Source: an uncultured Spirochaetales bacterium (GTDB taxonomy: Bacteria > Spirochaetota > Spirochaetia > SPDA01 > CAYXSD01). Taken from it: a stretch of DNA of 64,000 nucleotides. The notes below the pieces were generated by a model, which saw nothing but the letters and a program-made list of their open reading frames with translations, searched no databases and was not told the origin of the DNA. The translations under genes were made by a program, and so were the position numbers. The DNA is taken from NCBI GenBank assembly GCA_964466335.1, contig CAYXSD010000001.1, positions 58,601-122,600 on the forward strand. The letters run 5' to 3'. Positions 49,377 to 58,445 of this stretch are shown one piece after another (within the stretch, counting starts at the first letter, position 1; the number at the start of each line of letters is the position of its first letter).

Positions 49377-50313
49377 ACTTTTCGTATAGGGTTGAATCGA
49401 GATTACGTATTTTTTTAAGTACATCCTCTATCTTTTTCCTGTCTTCTTTAACGCAAACATAGTGATCGATTAACCAAAAATATCGTGTAAATAATCGTGG
49501 TAATACATAGGGTTGTTTTTTTTGGTTTTCCGACAACTCCGATTCCAAATTGAAAATGGATTGTTTCAATTTACCAAACTCTATTGATTTCAGTTCCCGT
49601 TTAACTGTAAAAACTCCATAAATTACCCCATATACAGAAATCCATTCTTCCAACTCTGGAGATTCATAACCAAGTTCTTTTAGGCTATGGACTATTCTTC
49701 CAACAAGCAATGATTCAAGAAAGGCTATTTCTACTTTCTGCGGGTCTAAGAAAAATGCCTCTCGAAAAAATATTTTTGAAGCCCGTATTTCGTTTATCAG
49801 GGCATAACAATCGGCCAATTCTGAGATAATTGTCGGATCTTCAGATCGTTGTCTGTTAGCAGCTTCATAGTATTCGATCGCATGCTCATAATCACCTTTG
49901 CCTTTGTAACACCGAGCAAGCCGAAACATGATTTCCGGATCTTGCCCCCCCTGATCATTAAAAACCTTCATGAAATAGAACCGGGCCTTTTCAAAAACCA
50001 GCTGCCTAACAGCATTCATCCCCTGTTCGTTACAGTCTTTGACACGATCTAAAAAGAGGATAAAATTCTTCCACTGGTTCAGTAGATACTCACCTTTTTC
50101 AAAATCTCCGGGTATAGAATCCAGCCTTTTACTTCTTTCATACCAGTAATTTGCGCACTTTAAAGCCGCAACCACCTCTTTGTGATCAAAATCAATGGTA
50201 AGCGCCTTCTCCAAAAGATCAATGGACTCTGTAAAAGAACCTTCTCCCAGGGCCCTGTAAGCACCCTGCAATATATCGTGTACAGTTTCGTTTGTTTTCC
50301 CAGTATCATCCAT
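49366..50313 (-). CDS. TPR-like repeat protein (cytoplasmic)
   Basis: 315 aa; several TPR-like helical pairs (YYEAANRQ, ALKCANYWYER); the stop codon lies at the arm/DR junction of the palindromic element. Confidence 0.5.
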   Translation of the reverse strand: MDDTGKTNETVHDILQGAYRALGEGSFTESIDLLEKALTIDFDHKEVVAALKCANYWYERSKRLDSIPGDFEKGEYLLNQWKNFILFLDRVKDCNEQGMNAVRQLVFEKARFYFMKVFNDQGGQDPEIMFRLARCYKGKGDYEHAIEYYEAANRQRSEDPTIISELADCYALINEIRASKIFFREAFFLDPQKVEIAFLESLLVGRIVHSLKELGYESPELEEWISVYGVIYGVFTVKRELKSIEFGKLKQSIFNLESELSENQKKQPYVLPRLFTRYFWLIDHYVCVKEDRKKIEDVLKKIRNLDSTLYEKYIN

Positions 50314-50454
50314 GATACTGCCATTTTACCGCATATTCATACATTATATCAACTTACGTGTACGCTAGTCAATTCTGACCACCAGTTCAACATTACATAA
50401 TTTTAAAATAGCTTAAACATTGGCTCGTTTTTTCACATTTCAACTTTATTCCCA

Positions 50455-50590
50455 AGCGAACGAGAGGAGCAGAACCAACTGGTCGGTTCTATTCCCGAGT
50501 GAGTGCCGGGAAAGAAAGGTAGCAATACCCCGACCCTTGAGTCGGAGGGGGACGCTATGCGTCCCGGGTCCAGGGATTGCCCTGGGTTTT
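50455..50590 (+). ncRNA. candidate structured small RNA or leader (GC-rich, unidentified class)
   Basis: About 135 nt at noticeably higher GC than the flanks; multiple local hairpins (CAGAACC/GGTTCT, GACGC-TAT-GCGTC, CCAGGG-ATTG-CCCTGG) ending in a U-run; overlapping ORFs are short and low-complexity. Confidence 0.35.
50570..50590 (+). terminator. intrinsic-terminator-like hairpin CCAGGG-AUUG-CCCUGG + GUUUU
   Basis: 6-bp GC-rich stem, 4-nt loop, U4; sits 58 nt upstream of the rpe ATG, so it is more likely the 3' end of an upstream transcript than a terminator for rpe. Confidence 0.45.
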
Positions 50591-50647
50591 GATAGGGTTT
50601 GATACCTTTGATTGATTTTTTTATGGAATTCTGATATACATTTCCTT

Positions 50648-51310
50648 ATGCTGAATAAGAAAGAACTTATTATTGCACCTTCTCTTCTCTCTACCGACTT
50701 TACCAACATGGAAGAAGCGGTACGTATTATTGAGGAAGCTGGTGGAGATTGGGTCCATATGGATGTTATGGACGGTAACTTTGTCCCTAACATAACCTTT
50801 GGACATAAAATGGTATCCGATATAAAAGATAAAACAACATTACCTCTGGATGTACACCTTATGGTAGTAGAACCGGAGAAAAAGGTCGATCAATTTATTC
50901 AAGCTGGAGCCGATTCCTTGACCTTTCATATTGAAGCATATGTGCATACCCACAAACTTCTTGATTACATTAAAAAGAAACATTGTCAAAGCGGTGTCTC
51001 AATTGTCCCCTCCACCCCAGCAGAATCCCTAACTGAAATAGTGCACATGGTTGATCAGATACTCATTATGACGGTAAATCCGGGTTGGGGAGGACAAGCC
51101 CTTATAGATCGATGTTTAGAAAAGGTACACTATCTTGATGAATTGAGAAAAAAGATGGGGTATAATTACAAGATTGCTGTTGATGGAGGGGTTAATCGTT
51201 CTACAATTGATAAGATCGTTACTGCGGGTACAGATATTATTGTCACTGGATCGGCCTTTTTTGCCGCTGAAGATCGAAAAGAGGAAATTCGAATATTGAG
51301 AGGAAAATAA
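50648..51310 (+). CDS. rpe: ribulose-phosphate 3-epimerase
   Basis: IAPSLLSTDF N-terminus, HMDVMDG, metal-binding His/Asp pattern; ATG 50648 preferred over the TTG at 50612. Confidence 0.85.
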   Translation: MLNKKELIIAPSLLSTDFTNMEEAVRIIEEAGGDWVHMDVMDGNFVPNITFGHKMVSDIKDKTTLPLDVHLMVVEPEKKVDQFIQAGADSLTFHIEAYVHTHKLLDYIKKKHCQSGVSIVPSTPAESLTEIVHMVDQILIMTVNPGWGGQALIDRCLEKVHYLDELRKKMGYNYKIAVDGGVNRSTIDKIVTAGTDIIVTGSAFFAAEDRKEEIRILRGK

Positions 51311-51355
51311 ACTGTTTATAAGACTGCTGTTTTCACCGAAAATTGAAAAAGAGAG

Positions 51356-52300
51356 GTGTCTGTCTTGAAAATATCAAAATTCTCATTTTTACTGTTATTC
51401 GCATGGTGTACGCTTATCGTAGCTTATCCTCTTTTCGCGGCCGATGTTGATACTCTTGAGGATGCAATCAGTCAATACAAGAAAGGAGCCTATACTGAAA
51501 CACTTGAAAGTCTACGAAAGGTACTGCTGGACTCGGATATGGCACATTTCCATGGTACTGCCTATTTCTATACATCCAAAGCATATATAGCCCTTGGATT
51601 GTTGGATAACGCGGAAAAAAACCTAGAATATTTCCTTGCCACTTATCGCGGACATCAGTTCTTTCCGGAAGCGCTCTATCAAAAGGGAAGACTCCTCTTT
51701 TTGCAAAAGGAATACGACAAAGCAATTCAGGTCCTTACCGATTTTATTGAAACCTATCCTAATTCACCCTACCTTGCAAATAGTTACTACTGGGTTGGAG
51801 AATCACTTTACTCCCTAGGCAAATTCGATCAGGCAGCGGATATGTACGAAGTCGTTATTGAAGATTATCCTAGAAGCTATAAGGTAGAAGCTGCAAAGTA
51901 TAAGAAGTCCCTTATTCAGCTTGAACAGAGGGAGAGAGAGCTGCTAACATTTTTAAAATGGAGTCATGAAGAATCGCTTAGGGTAATAGAGGAATTTCAA
52001 AAACGCGAGAAGACCTATGAGCAGGCTTTAGCAGCCTATCAGAAAAAGTTTGCCGATTTAGCAAAAGAGGACACCTCCGGGCAAATATCTCTTCTTAATA
52101 AGGAATTACAGGCAAAGGAAAAGAAAATCCAAACCTTAGAACAACGTATAACTGAATTGGAGAATAGTATTAAGGAACTCCAAAATACATTAAAGAGCAG
52201 CAATTCCTCGGTCTCTGGAACAGATCAAACTAAAACTATAATCCCCGATGAATTATTAGTTTTTCGTAATAAGTACCTAAATTCACTGGTATCACCCTAG
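51356..52300 (+). CDS. secreted TPR + coiled-coil protein (YbgF/CpoB-like architecture)
   Basis: Signal peptide; 3-4 TPR units (YYWVGESLYSLGKFDQAADMYEVVIEDYP); C-terminal heptad-rich coiled coil. Confidence 0.45.
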   Translation: MSVLKISKFSFLLLFAWCTLIVAYPLFAADVDTLEDAISQYKKGAYTETLESLRKVLLDSDMAHFHGTAYFYTSKAYIALGLLDNAEKNLEYFLATYRGHQFFPEALYQKGRLLFLQKEYDKAIQVLTDFIETYPNSPYLANSYYWVGESLYSLGKFDQAADMYEVVIEDYPRSYKVEAAKYKKSLIQLEQRERELLTFLKWSHEESLRVIEEFQKREKTYEQALAAYQKKFADLAKEDTSGQISLLNKELQAKEKKIQTLEQRITELENSIKELQNTLKSSNSSVSGTDQTKTIIPDELLVFRNKYLNSLVSP

Positions 52301-52321
52301 GAAGAACTTCGGACTTCAACA

Positions 52322-53413
52322 TTGGCGAGGAATGACCTAAAACGGGCTAAGAAACATTTCAAATCAAAAAAATACTCGGATGTAGTAAACTCTTTAGAAC
52401 CTCAGGTGTTTCGATTTAGAGAAAATTTTACGTACTTCTACCTACTTGGAATTTCTTGTTTATACTTGGGAGACTTCGGCGGTGCTTCATCCTATCTTGA
52501 AAGGGCACGACAGCTCAATCCGGAAGATACCAACACAAAACTCGGACTTGCAGCGGTCCATTTAAAGCGTCAAGAAACAGGTAAGGCGATAATGAATTGG
52601 CTCTCTGTCCTCGAGAAAGAAAAAAACAACACTATTGCAAAGAGGGGATTGGCCCTTGTTAAAAAAAATTCAGATCCTGATTCTCTTAGCAACATAACTG
52701 AGAGTTCGAAAATAACCACAGTTTACCCATCTAGTGGTTGTTATATACCCCGATTTATATATATTATTCTCCTGGCCGCTGTTATATCTGTATTCGTCAT
52801 TATTATAGATTTTTCTTCCCTTTTCGCATCCATTTCGAAACCAGCACTACCTCGGAATGAAAATGTTTCCTCCCTGTCTTTAGAACAAAAAATGGTCCTC
52901 GATTCGAAAGAAGCAAAATGGAAACTTACGGAAACTGAGATTGAAGATAGTTTTTCCAAGGCGAAATCATATTTCAACTCTTTTGAGGACAATAAAGCAC
53001 AAATTGAGATAAATACAATTCTCTACTCCAACGCACCAAAAAAAGTAAAAGAAAAAGCAGAAATTATCGAATCCTATCTTTCTGAACCGGATTTTTCCTC
53101 CCTAAAAGAAAACTATAGCTACAAAGAGGTTATATCAAATCCGTATCATTACCGTAACTGTTATGTAAAATGGAAAGGAAAAATCAGCAACCTCTCCATC
53201 GGCGAAAAAGCCATCACCTTCGATTTACTTGTTGGGTACCATGAAGAGAAAGTGTTGCAGGGTATTGTTCCTGTTACTCTAGATTTTGCTACATCCATTG
53301 ACCAAGGCTCTCCCGTAGAGGTGCTGGGACAAATAATCTTACGAAACAGTTCCAAAGTGGCCTTAAGGGGTGTCGGTATTCATCCCTTGTCTCCGGAGAA
53401 AACAACGAAATAA
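52322..53413 (+). CDS. TPR-domain membrane protein, hypothetical
   Basis: N-terminal TPRs, central TM helix (FIYIILLAAVISVFVIII), C-terminal roughly 200-aa domain without a recognisable motif. Confidence 0.45.
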   Translation: MARNDLKRAKKHFKSKKYSDVVNSLEPQVFRFRENFTYFYLLGISCLYLGDFGGASSYLERARQLNPEDTNTKLGLAAVHLKRQETGKAIMNWLSVLEKEKNNTIAKRGLALVKKNSDPDSLSNITESSKITTVYPSSGCYIPRFIYIILLAAVISVFVIIIDFSSLFASISKPALPRNENVSSLSLEQKMVLDSKEAKWKLTETEIEDSFSKAKSYFNSFEDNKAQIEINTILYSNAPKKVKEKAEIIESYLSEPDFSSLKENYSYKEVISNPYHYRNCYVKWKGKISNLSIGEKAITFDLLVGYHEEKVLQGIVPVTLDFATSIDQGSPVEVLGQIILRNSSKVALRGVGIHPLSPEKTTK

Positions 53414-53443
53414 TTCTTTGCGGAATAGTATTTTGGAGGATCC

Positions 53444-53896
53444 ATGCGATGCATTCTACAACGGGTGAAAGATTGTTCTGTTACTGTTAACGGTAACGTG
53501 GTCGGCGCGATTAAACGAGGACTTCTCCTCTATCTTGGAATTACCCAGAAGGACAGTGAAAAAGACGTGGAATATCTTGTAAAAAAGACATTAGGGTTAC
53601 GAATTTTTGAGGACCAGAATGGCAAAATGAATCTATCAGTAACAGATTTTCCCACCTACCAAGTTATGGTTATATCCCAGTTCACCCTCTACGGTACTGT
53701 TACTAAAGGCAGAAGACCCTCATACGACCGCGCGGCTCACCCGGAACATGCGGAAATGCTATATGAGTATTTTTTATCTCGTTTAAAAGAAACCGGAATC
53801 GGTGTGGAAAGCGGCGTTTTCCAGAGCCATATGGATGTGGAGTACTGCAACAGTGGTCCTGTAACCATACTTATGGACTCAGAAAAAACCTTCTAA
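53444..53896 (+). CDS. dtd: D-aminoacyl-tRNA deacylase
   Basis: 150 aa; MRCILQRV...GLLLYLGI and SQFTLYG and the C-terminal NSGPVT motif. Confidence 0.85.
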   Translation: MRCILQRVKDCSVTVNGNVVGAIKRGLLLYLGITQKDSEKDVEYLVKKTLGLRIFEDQNGKMNLSVTDFPTYQVMVISQFTLYGTVTKGRRPSYDRAAHPEHAEMLYEYFLSRLKETGIGVESGVFQSHMDVEYCNSGPVTILMDSEKTF

Positions 53897-53901
53897 ACAG
53901 G

Positions 53902-53940
53902 GGCTCTTTCAAAATAGTCAAGATAAGACAATTGCAAAGG
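53902..53940. repeat. partial/degenerate copy of the 38-bp palindromic repeat
   Basis: GGCTCTTTCAAAAT (14/14 match to the left half) then an imperfect partner ATTGCAAAG; 6 nt after the dtd stop. Confidence 0.4.
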
Positions 53941-53959
53941 TGATGGTATATATGCCTAA

Positions 53960-53991
53960 AAACAGTTGAGTGGAGAACTAGCTGTTTTTTT
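53960..53991 (+). terminator. weak terminator-like hairpin with U7 tail
   Basis: AAACAG...CUGUUU 6-bp AU-rich stem with a 16-nt loop followed by TTTTTTT; low stability. Confidence 0.3.
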
Positions 53992-54009
53992 GCCGAAAGA
54001 ACAAAGAAA

Positions 54010-54038
54010 TTTACAAGATTTCCGTAAAATTATACAAT
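54010..54038 (+). promoter_or_regulatory. candidate sigma70-type promoter for recA (TTTACA-N17-TACAAT)
   Basis: -35 at 54010..54015 and -10 at 54033..54038, about 55 nt before the recA ATG; the AGGAG RBS is at 54079..54083. Confidence 0.45.
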
Positions 54039-54093
54039 ACTATGAATCAATTAACGTAAGAAATGTGTATAGTATATCAGGAGATGAAATAAT

Positions 54094-55242
54094 ATGGCAA
54101 AGAAAACAAAACAGGCTGAACCTCAGCAGACCATGACCAATGCGAATGCATCTAACGAAGAAAAACATAAAGCTTTAGAAGCCGCAAAACTGCAGATCGA
54201 AAAGCAGTTCGGCAAAGGTTCCCTTATGAAAATGGGGGACGGAGCAGAGATACCGGGTATACGGATAATCCCTTCAGGGTCAATCCTATTAGACTCCGCC
54301 CTTGGAGTTGGCGGATATCCAAGAGGCAGAGTGGTAGAAATATATGGTCCTGAATCTTCCGGAAAAACTACGCTGGCCTTGCATGCAATTGCTGAAGCCC
54401 AAAAAACTGGTGGTATTGCAGCTTTTGTCGACGCGGAACATGCCCTGGATCCCGTTTACGCAAGAAACCTTGGCATTAAGATTGAAGATCTTTGGGTTTC
54501 CCAACCGGACAACGGTGAACAGGCTTTAGAGATTACGGAGTCCCTTATAAGGTCCGGCGGTGTCGATATTATCGTTGTCGATTCGGTAGCTGCCCTTACC
54601 CCTCAGTCCGAAATTGAAGGAGACATGGGAGATTCCCACATGGGGCTTCAAGCGAGACTCATGAGTCAGGCATTACGAAAATTGACAGGTACCATTTCAA
54701 AATCCGGGACCTGCCTTATTTTTATCAACCAAATTCGTATGAAAATTGGTGTAATGTTCGGTAATCCGGAAACAACAACCGGCGGAAGGGCTTTAAAGTT
54801 CTATTCCTCCGTACGGTTGGAGGTAAGGAAAATCGAAACTATTGCAAAAGGAACAGAAGATGCAGTGGGAAACCGTGTCCGGGTGAAGGTTGTGAAGAAT
54901 AAAGTGGCCCCTCCCTTCCGAAAAGTTGAACTAGAGATAATGTTTGGAAAAGGGATTTCAGCGAGCGGGAGTCTCTTAGATGCCGCACTGAAATACGACA
55001 TCCTTCAGAAAAGCGGCAGCTGGTACTCCTTTGGAGAAGAACGAATCGGGCAAGGCAGAGAAAACGCGAAACAGTTCCTCGAGTCAAATGAGGATATTTT
55101 CGAAGAAATTGAAAACAAAATCCGTCAAATTCTTTTTCCCGAAAAGAAAGAAGAAAAAAAAGAATTGGAGGAGAAAACCCAAGAAAAACAAGGGGAGACA
55201 GTTAATAGTAACGACAATGAAGAGAAAGAAGAGCTCTTCTAG
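54094..55242 (+). CDS. recA: recombinase RecA
   Basis: Walker [11 protein letters not shown]1/L2 loops, 382 aa with an acidic/Lys-rich C-tail. Confidence 0.95.
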   Translation: MAKKTKQAEPQQTMTNANASNEEKHKALEAAKLQIEKQFGKGSLMKMGDGAEIPGIRIIPSGSILLDSALGVGGYPRGRVVEIYGPESSGKTTLALHAIAEAQKTGGIAAFVDAEHALDPVYARNLGIKIEDLWVSQPDNGEQALEITESLIRSGGVDIIVVDSVAALTPQSEIEGDMGDSHMGLQARLMSQALRKLTGTISKSGTCLIFINQIRMKIGVMFGNPETTTGGRALKFYSSVRLEVRKIETIAKGTEDAVGNRVRVKVVKNKVAPPFRKVELEIMFGKGISASGSLLDAALKYDILQKSGSWYSFGEERIGQGRENAKQFLESNEDIFEEIENKIRQILFPEKKEEKKELEEKTQEKQGETVNSNDNEEKEELF

Positions 55243-55273
55243 ATAGTAAAAAAAACAGTGGGAGAATACCTTT

Positions 55274-55771
55274 TTGGAAGAAGTGTATCTGGGCTTGGGT
55301 TCAAACCTGGGTAAACGAAAGAAACATATCGAAGAAGGAATAAGGCTGCTCGGGTCCACCCTTCAGAAAATTGAGGTATCCCCGTTCTACGATTCTACCC
55401 CCCAATACGTAGAAAAGCAGCCGAGGTTCTGTAACTGTGTCGTACGCGGCCAAACTTCCCTCTCGTCCAAGGACCTCCTATCTGCTGTATTAGGAATAGA
55501 AAACCAGCTTGGCAGAAATCGAATCGAAGCAGGGGAGAAAGGACCCAGGCCATTGGATGTGGATATTCTTCTCTTTGGAAGGAGAATAATCCATACTGAT
55601 GTTCTTACAGTACCTCATCCAGGGATGATAGAGCGTAAATTCGTTCTCTTACCTCTCCTTACTCTTTCACCTCGCCTTGTCCATCCGCAAACCGGTATAT
55701 ATTTTCATTACTACTATAGCTCTTTACCGTTACAGGGTGTTTACTACTTTTCGTTAATGAATTACAGTTAA
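55274..55771 (+). CDS. folK: 2-amino-4-hydroxy-6-hydroxymethyldihydropteridine diphosphokinase (HPPK), TTG start
   Basis: YLGLGSNLG N-terminus and the HPRM(I)ERKFVLLPL motif. Confidence 0.8.
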   Translation: MEEVYLGLGSNLGKRKKHIEEGIRLLGSTLQKIEVSPFYDSTPQYVEKQPRFCNCVVRGQTSLSSKDLLSAVLGIENQLGRNRIEAGEKGPRPLDVDILLFGRRIIHTDVLTVPHPGMIERKFVLLPLLTLSPRLVHPQTGIYFHYYYSSLPLQGVYYFSLMNYS

Positions 55772-55789
55772 TCTTCCGACGAATCTACC

Positions 55790-56536
55790 ATGGAAATACA
55801 GCAAACAAAACAGAATTTTAAGATAGGTGAATTTGAAGGTCCTTTGGATCTGCTTCTCTTTCTCATAAAAAAGGCGGAAGTTTCGGTATACGATATTCCT
55901 ATTGCCACCATTACCGAACAGTATTTGGAATATTTAGAGTACGCGACCAAAGTGGACCTGGATAATATTACAGAGTTCTATGTAATGTCAGCTACGCTCC
56001 TCTACATTAAATCAAAAATGCTCCTCCCCGAAGACGTCGATTTCGACGAAGAATTCGAAGACCCTCGACAGGAATTGGTGAATCAACTGATTGAATACCA
56101 GAAGTACAAAAAATTATCCGAGCTCATGGCGGACAAGGAAAAAGAAGCGGAGTGGATTTTTGAACGTGAAATGGACCAGCGAATCCTTCCCTTTCCCGAA
56201 GACAACAATCTCTGGGAAGAATTAAATGTTTGGGACCTGCTTAACACTTTTTCCAATATTATCTCGACCCTTAGTTCCGATAGGATCATTGACCTTTACG
56301 AGGAAGTTTCCATAAACGAAAAAATCAGCCTTCTCAATGAGCTTTTAGAACGGAAAAAAGAAATTCCTTTCACGGCACTGGTGGTTAATTCACATTCAAT
56401 CATGGACATAATTTGTTCATTTCTCGCTATTCTTGAATCAGTAAAATCGAAAAAAATCACCCTTTTTCAAAACAAGATGTTTGGTGATATAATAATTAAA
56501 GCTTATGAACCAAGAAAAACGCATAACGCTGTATAA
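55790..56536 (+). CDS. scpA: segregation and condensation protein A
   Basis: 248 aa kleisin; GPLDLLLFLIKK N-terminus; followed by overlapping scpB. Confidence 0.8.
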   Translation: MEIQQTKQNFKIGEFEGPLDLLLFLIKKAEVSVYDIPIATITEQYLEYLEYATKVDLDNITEFYVMSATLLYIKSKMLLPEDVDFDEEFEDPRQELVNQLIEYQKYKKLSELMADKEKEAEWIFEREMDQRILPFPEDNNLWEELNVWDLLNTFSNIISTLSSDRIIDLYEEVSINEKISLLNELLERKKEIPFTALVVNSHSIMDIICSFLAILESVKSKKITLFQNKMFGDIIIKAYEPRKTHNAV

Positions 56537-57056
56537 AGAAGCTTCACTTATAGAGGCAATTCTCTTTCTTGAGAATGAACCGGTTTCCCTGGATCAACTT
56601 AGAAAAATTTCCGGATTATCTAAGGATATTATTCTTCAAGCAATAAAAACATTGGATGAAGAATTAAAGGGAAACGAAGCCCACGGTTTAGAGATTGCAG
56701 AAATAGGGGAGGGGTTCATTCTTTCGCCGAAACAGAAGCTTTGGGAAAATCTGAAAGACAGATATGGTAAAAAAAATGAAAAGTTTCTCTCCCGTGCCGC
56801 GCTAGAAACTCTTTCTATTATTGCCTATTCTCAACCCATAACTCGAGCGGAAATTGAGAATATTCGCGGTGTTTCAGCGGATGGAATGATACGGCTTCTT
56901 CAGAAGAGGGGACTTATTAAAGAGGTAGGGAAAAAAGACAGTCCGGGTAAACCGACTCAATACGGCACTACTATTGAGTTCTTGAAAGTTTTCCGACTAA
57001 AATCGATTTCAGATTTACCAAAATTAAACGATATAGATTCCAAGCGATTTGAATAA
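56505..57056 (+). CDS. scpB: segregation and condensation protein B
   Basis: 183 aa, tandem winged-helix (EAILFLENEPVSLDQL, SRAALETLSIIAYSQPITRAEIENIRG). Confidence 0.8.
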   Translation: MNQEKRITLYKEASLIEAILFLENEPVSLDQLRKISGLSKDIILQAIKTLDEELKGNEAHGLEIAEIGEGFILSPKQKLWENLKDRYGKKNEKFLSRAALETLSIIAYSQPITRAEIENIRGVSADGMIRLLQKRGLIKEVGKKDSPGKPTQYGTTIEFLKVFRLKSISDLPKLNDIDSKRFE

Positions 57057-57792
57057 ATCAGACTCCACTAAAAAACAACTACGCCTCCAGGCTTATCTAG
57101 CCCGATGTGGTATCGCCTCACGACGCAAATGTGAGGAGTATATCCTTCAGGGAAGAGTTACTGTAAACGGAGTAACAACAAGGACCTTGGGAGTAAAGGT
57201 ACTAGAAGATGATGAGGTAGAATTCGATGGGAATAGGATTAATCCTGTGAAGAACAAACACTATCTTGTTCTTCACAAACCCAGCGGGTTTCTTTCTTCC
57301 AACTCCGACCCCTTTAATAGACCTCTTGCCATTGATCTTATAAAAAAACACATTTCTACTAGGCTTTTTCATATCGGGAGGCTCGATTTTTCAAGTTCCG
57401 GCATTCTCATATTTACGAACGATGGGGACTTCGCAAGAAAAATCGGGCATCCTTCATCAAACATCGTTAAAGAGTATCTTGTAGAAACGAGATATCCTGT
57501 ATCTCAAGAAAAAGTAACACCCTTCCGAAGAGGAGTAGAAATTGATGGTGATATCTATCGAATTGACTCCTTTCATTTTGTAAATTCGAAGAAACTCCAT
57601 ATTCGTCTTGTGGAGGGTAAAAACAGAGAAATCCGTAGAATATTCGATTATCTAAAAAACAAAGTAACTAGGATCCACAGGATACAATACGGGCCAATTA
57701 CCCTTGGCGACTTACCGAAAGGTGAATTTCGCCCCATTAGTAAAGCTGAAATGAAGGTACTACAAGGAGGAAAGAATGATAATTGCGATTGA
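57049..57792 (+). CDS. rluB: 23S rRNA pseudouridine synthase, RsuA/RluB family (TTG start)
   Basis: S4 domain (LQAYLARCGIASRRKCEEYILQGRVTVNG) plus catalytic HIGRLDFSSSGILIFTNDG motif. Confidence 0.75.
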   Translation: MNKSDSTKKQLRLQAYLARCGIASRRKCEEYILQGRVTVNGVTTRTLGVKVLEDDEVEFDGNRINPVKNKHYLVLHKPSGFLSSNSDPFNRPLAIDLIKKHISTRLFHIGRLDFSSSGILIFTNDGDFARKIGHPSSNIVKEYLVETRYPVSQEKVTPFRRGVEIDGDIYRIDSFHFVNSKKLHIRLVEGKNREIRRIFDYLKNKVTRIHRIQYGPITLGDLPKGEFRPISKAEMKVLQGGKNDNCD

Positions 57793-58429
57793 TGGTCCGG
57801 CAGGTGTTGGTAAAAGCACTATTTCTAGATTAATCGCGGAGAAACTCTCCTTTCACTATGTAAATTCCGGTAATTTTTATCGTGCTGTAACGTGGTTGGC
57901 ATTAGAGAAAAAGATTGATCCTGAGAATAAGGAAATGGTTATTCAGCTTGCTGAAAATACGAATTTTTCCCTTAATCCTAATGGGGAAATTGAATACGCA
58001 GGAGAGTCCATTAACGAGTTTCTTCATAGCGACTCTGTAGACAAATGGGTATCGTATCATTCGTACTTTCCGGAAATAAGAAAAAAAATCAATGATACCA
58101 TTCGTTCAACCATTAGTCAGCTTGATGCAGTAGTTGAAGGAAGAGATATTACTACCGTAGTATTTCCTGATGCATTTTTAAAGGTCTACCTAGATGCCGA
58201 TATCCAGACCAGAGCACGCAGACGCTGGGAACAGGGCGTAAGTGATCTATCCTACGAAGAAATTCTTGATTCGCTCTCTTCCCGCGACAGTTCGGATAAA
58301 GCGAAACCCCAGGGGGCTCTAAAAATTTCTCAGGACGCTCTTTATTTAGATACAACGGACTTGACCATAGGTGGAGTTTGTGAGAAAGTGATAAACGCTA
58401 TAAAAAATAGGCAGAATCACATAGAGTAG
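57776..58429 (+). CDS. cmk: (d)CMP kinase
   Basis: IIAIDGPAGVGKST P-loop, 217 aa. Confidence 0.85.
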   Translation: MIIAIDGPAGVGKSTISRLIAEKLSFHYVNSGNFYRAVTWLALEKKIDPENKEMVIQLAENTNFSLNPNGEIEYAGESINEFLHSDSVDKWVSYHSYFPEIRKKINDTIRSTISQLDAVVEGRDITTVVFPDAFLKVYLDADIQTRARRRWEQGVSDLSYEEILDSLSSRDSSDKAKPQGALKISQDALYLDTTDLTIGGVCEKVINAIKNRQNHIE

Positions 58430-58445
58430 GAGCTTTGATTAGGAG

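Noticed and set aside
50420-50793. ORFs of 60 aa (plus strand) and 115 aa (minus strand) across the GC-rich spacer
   Set aside because: Arg/Pro/Gly-rich translations of a GC-rich structured region; more parsimoniously explained as non-coding RNA sequence than as proteins.
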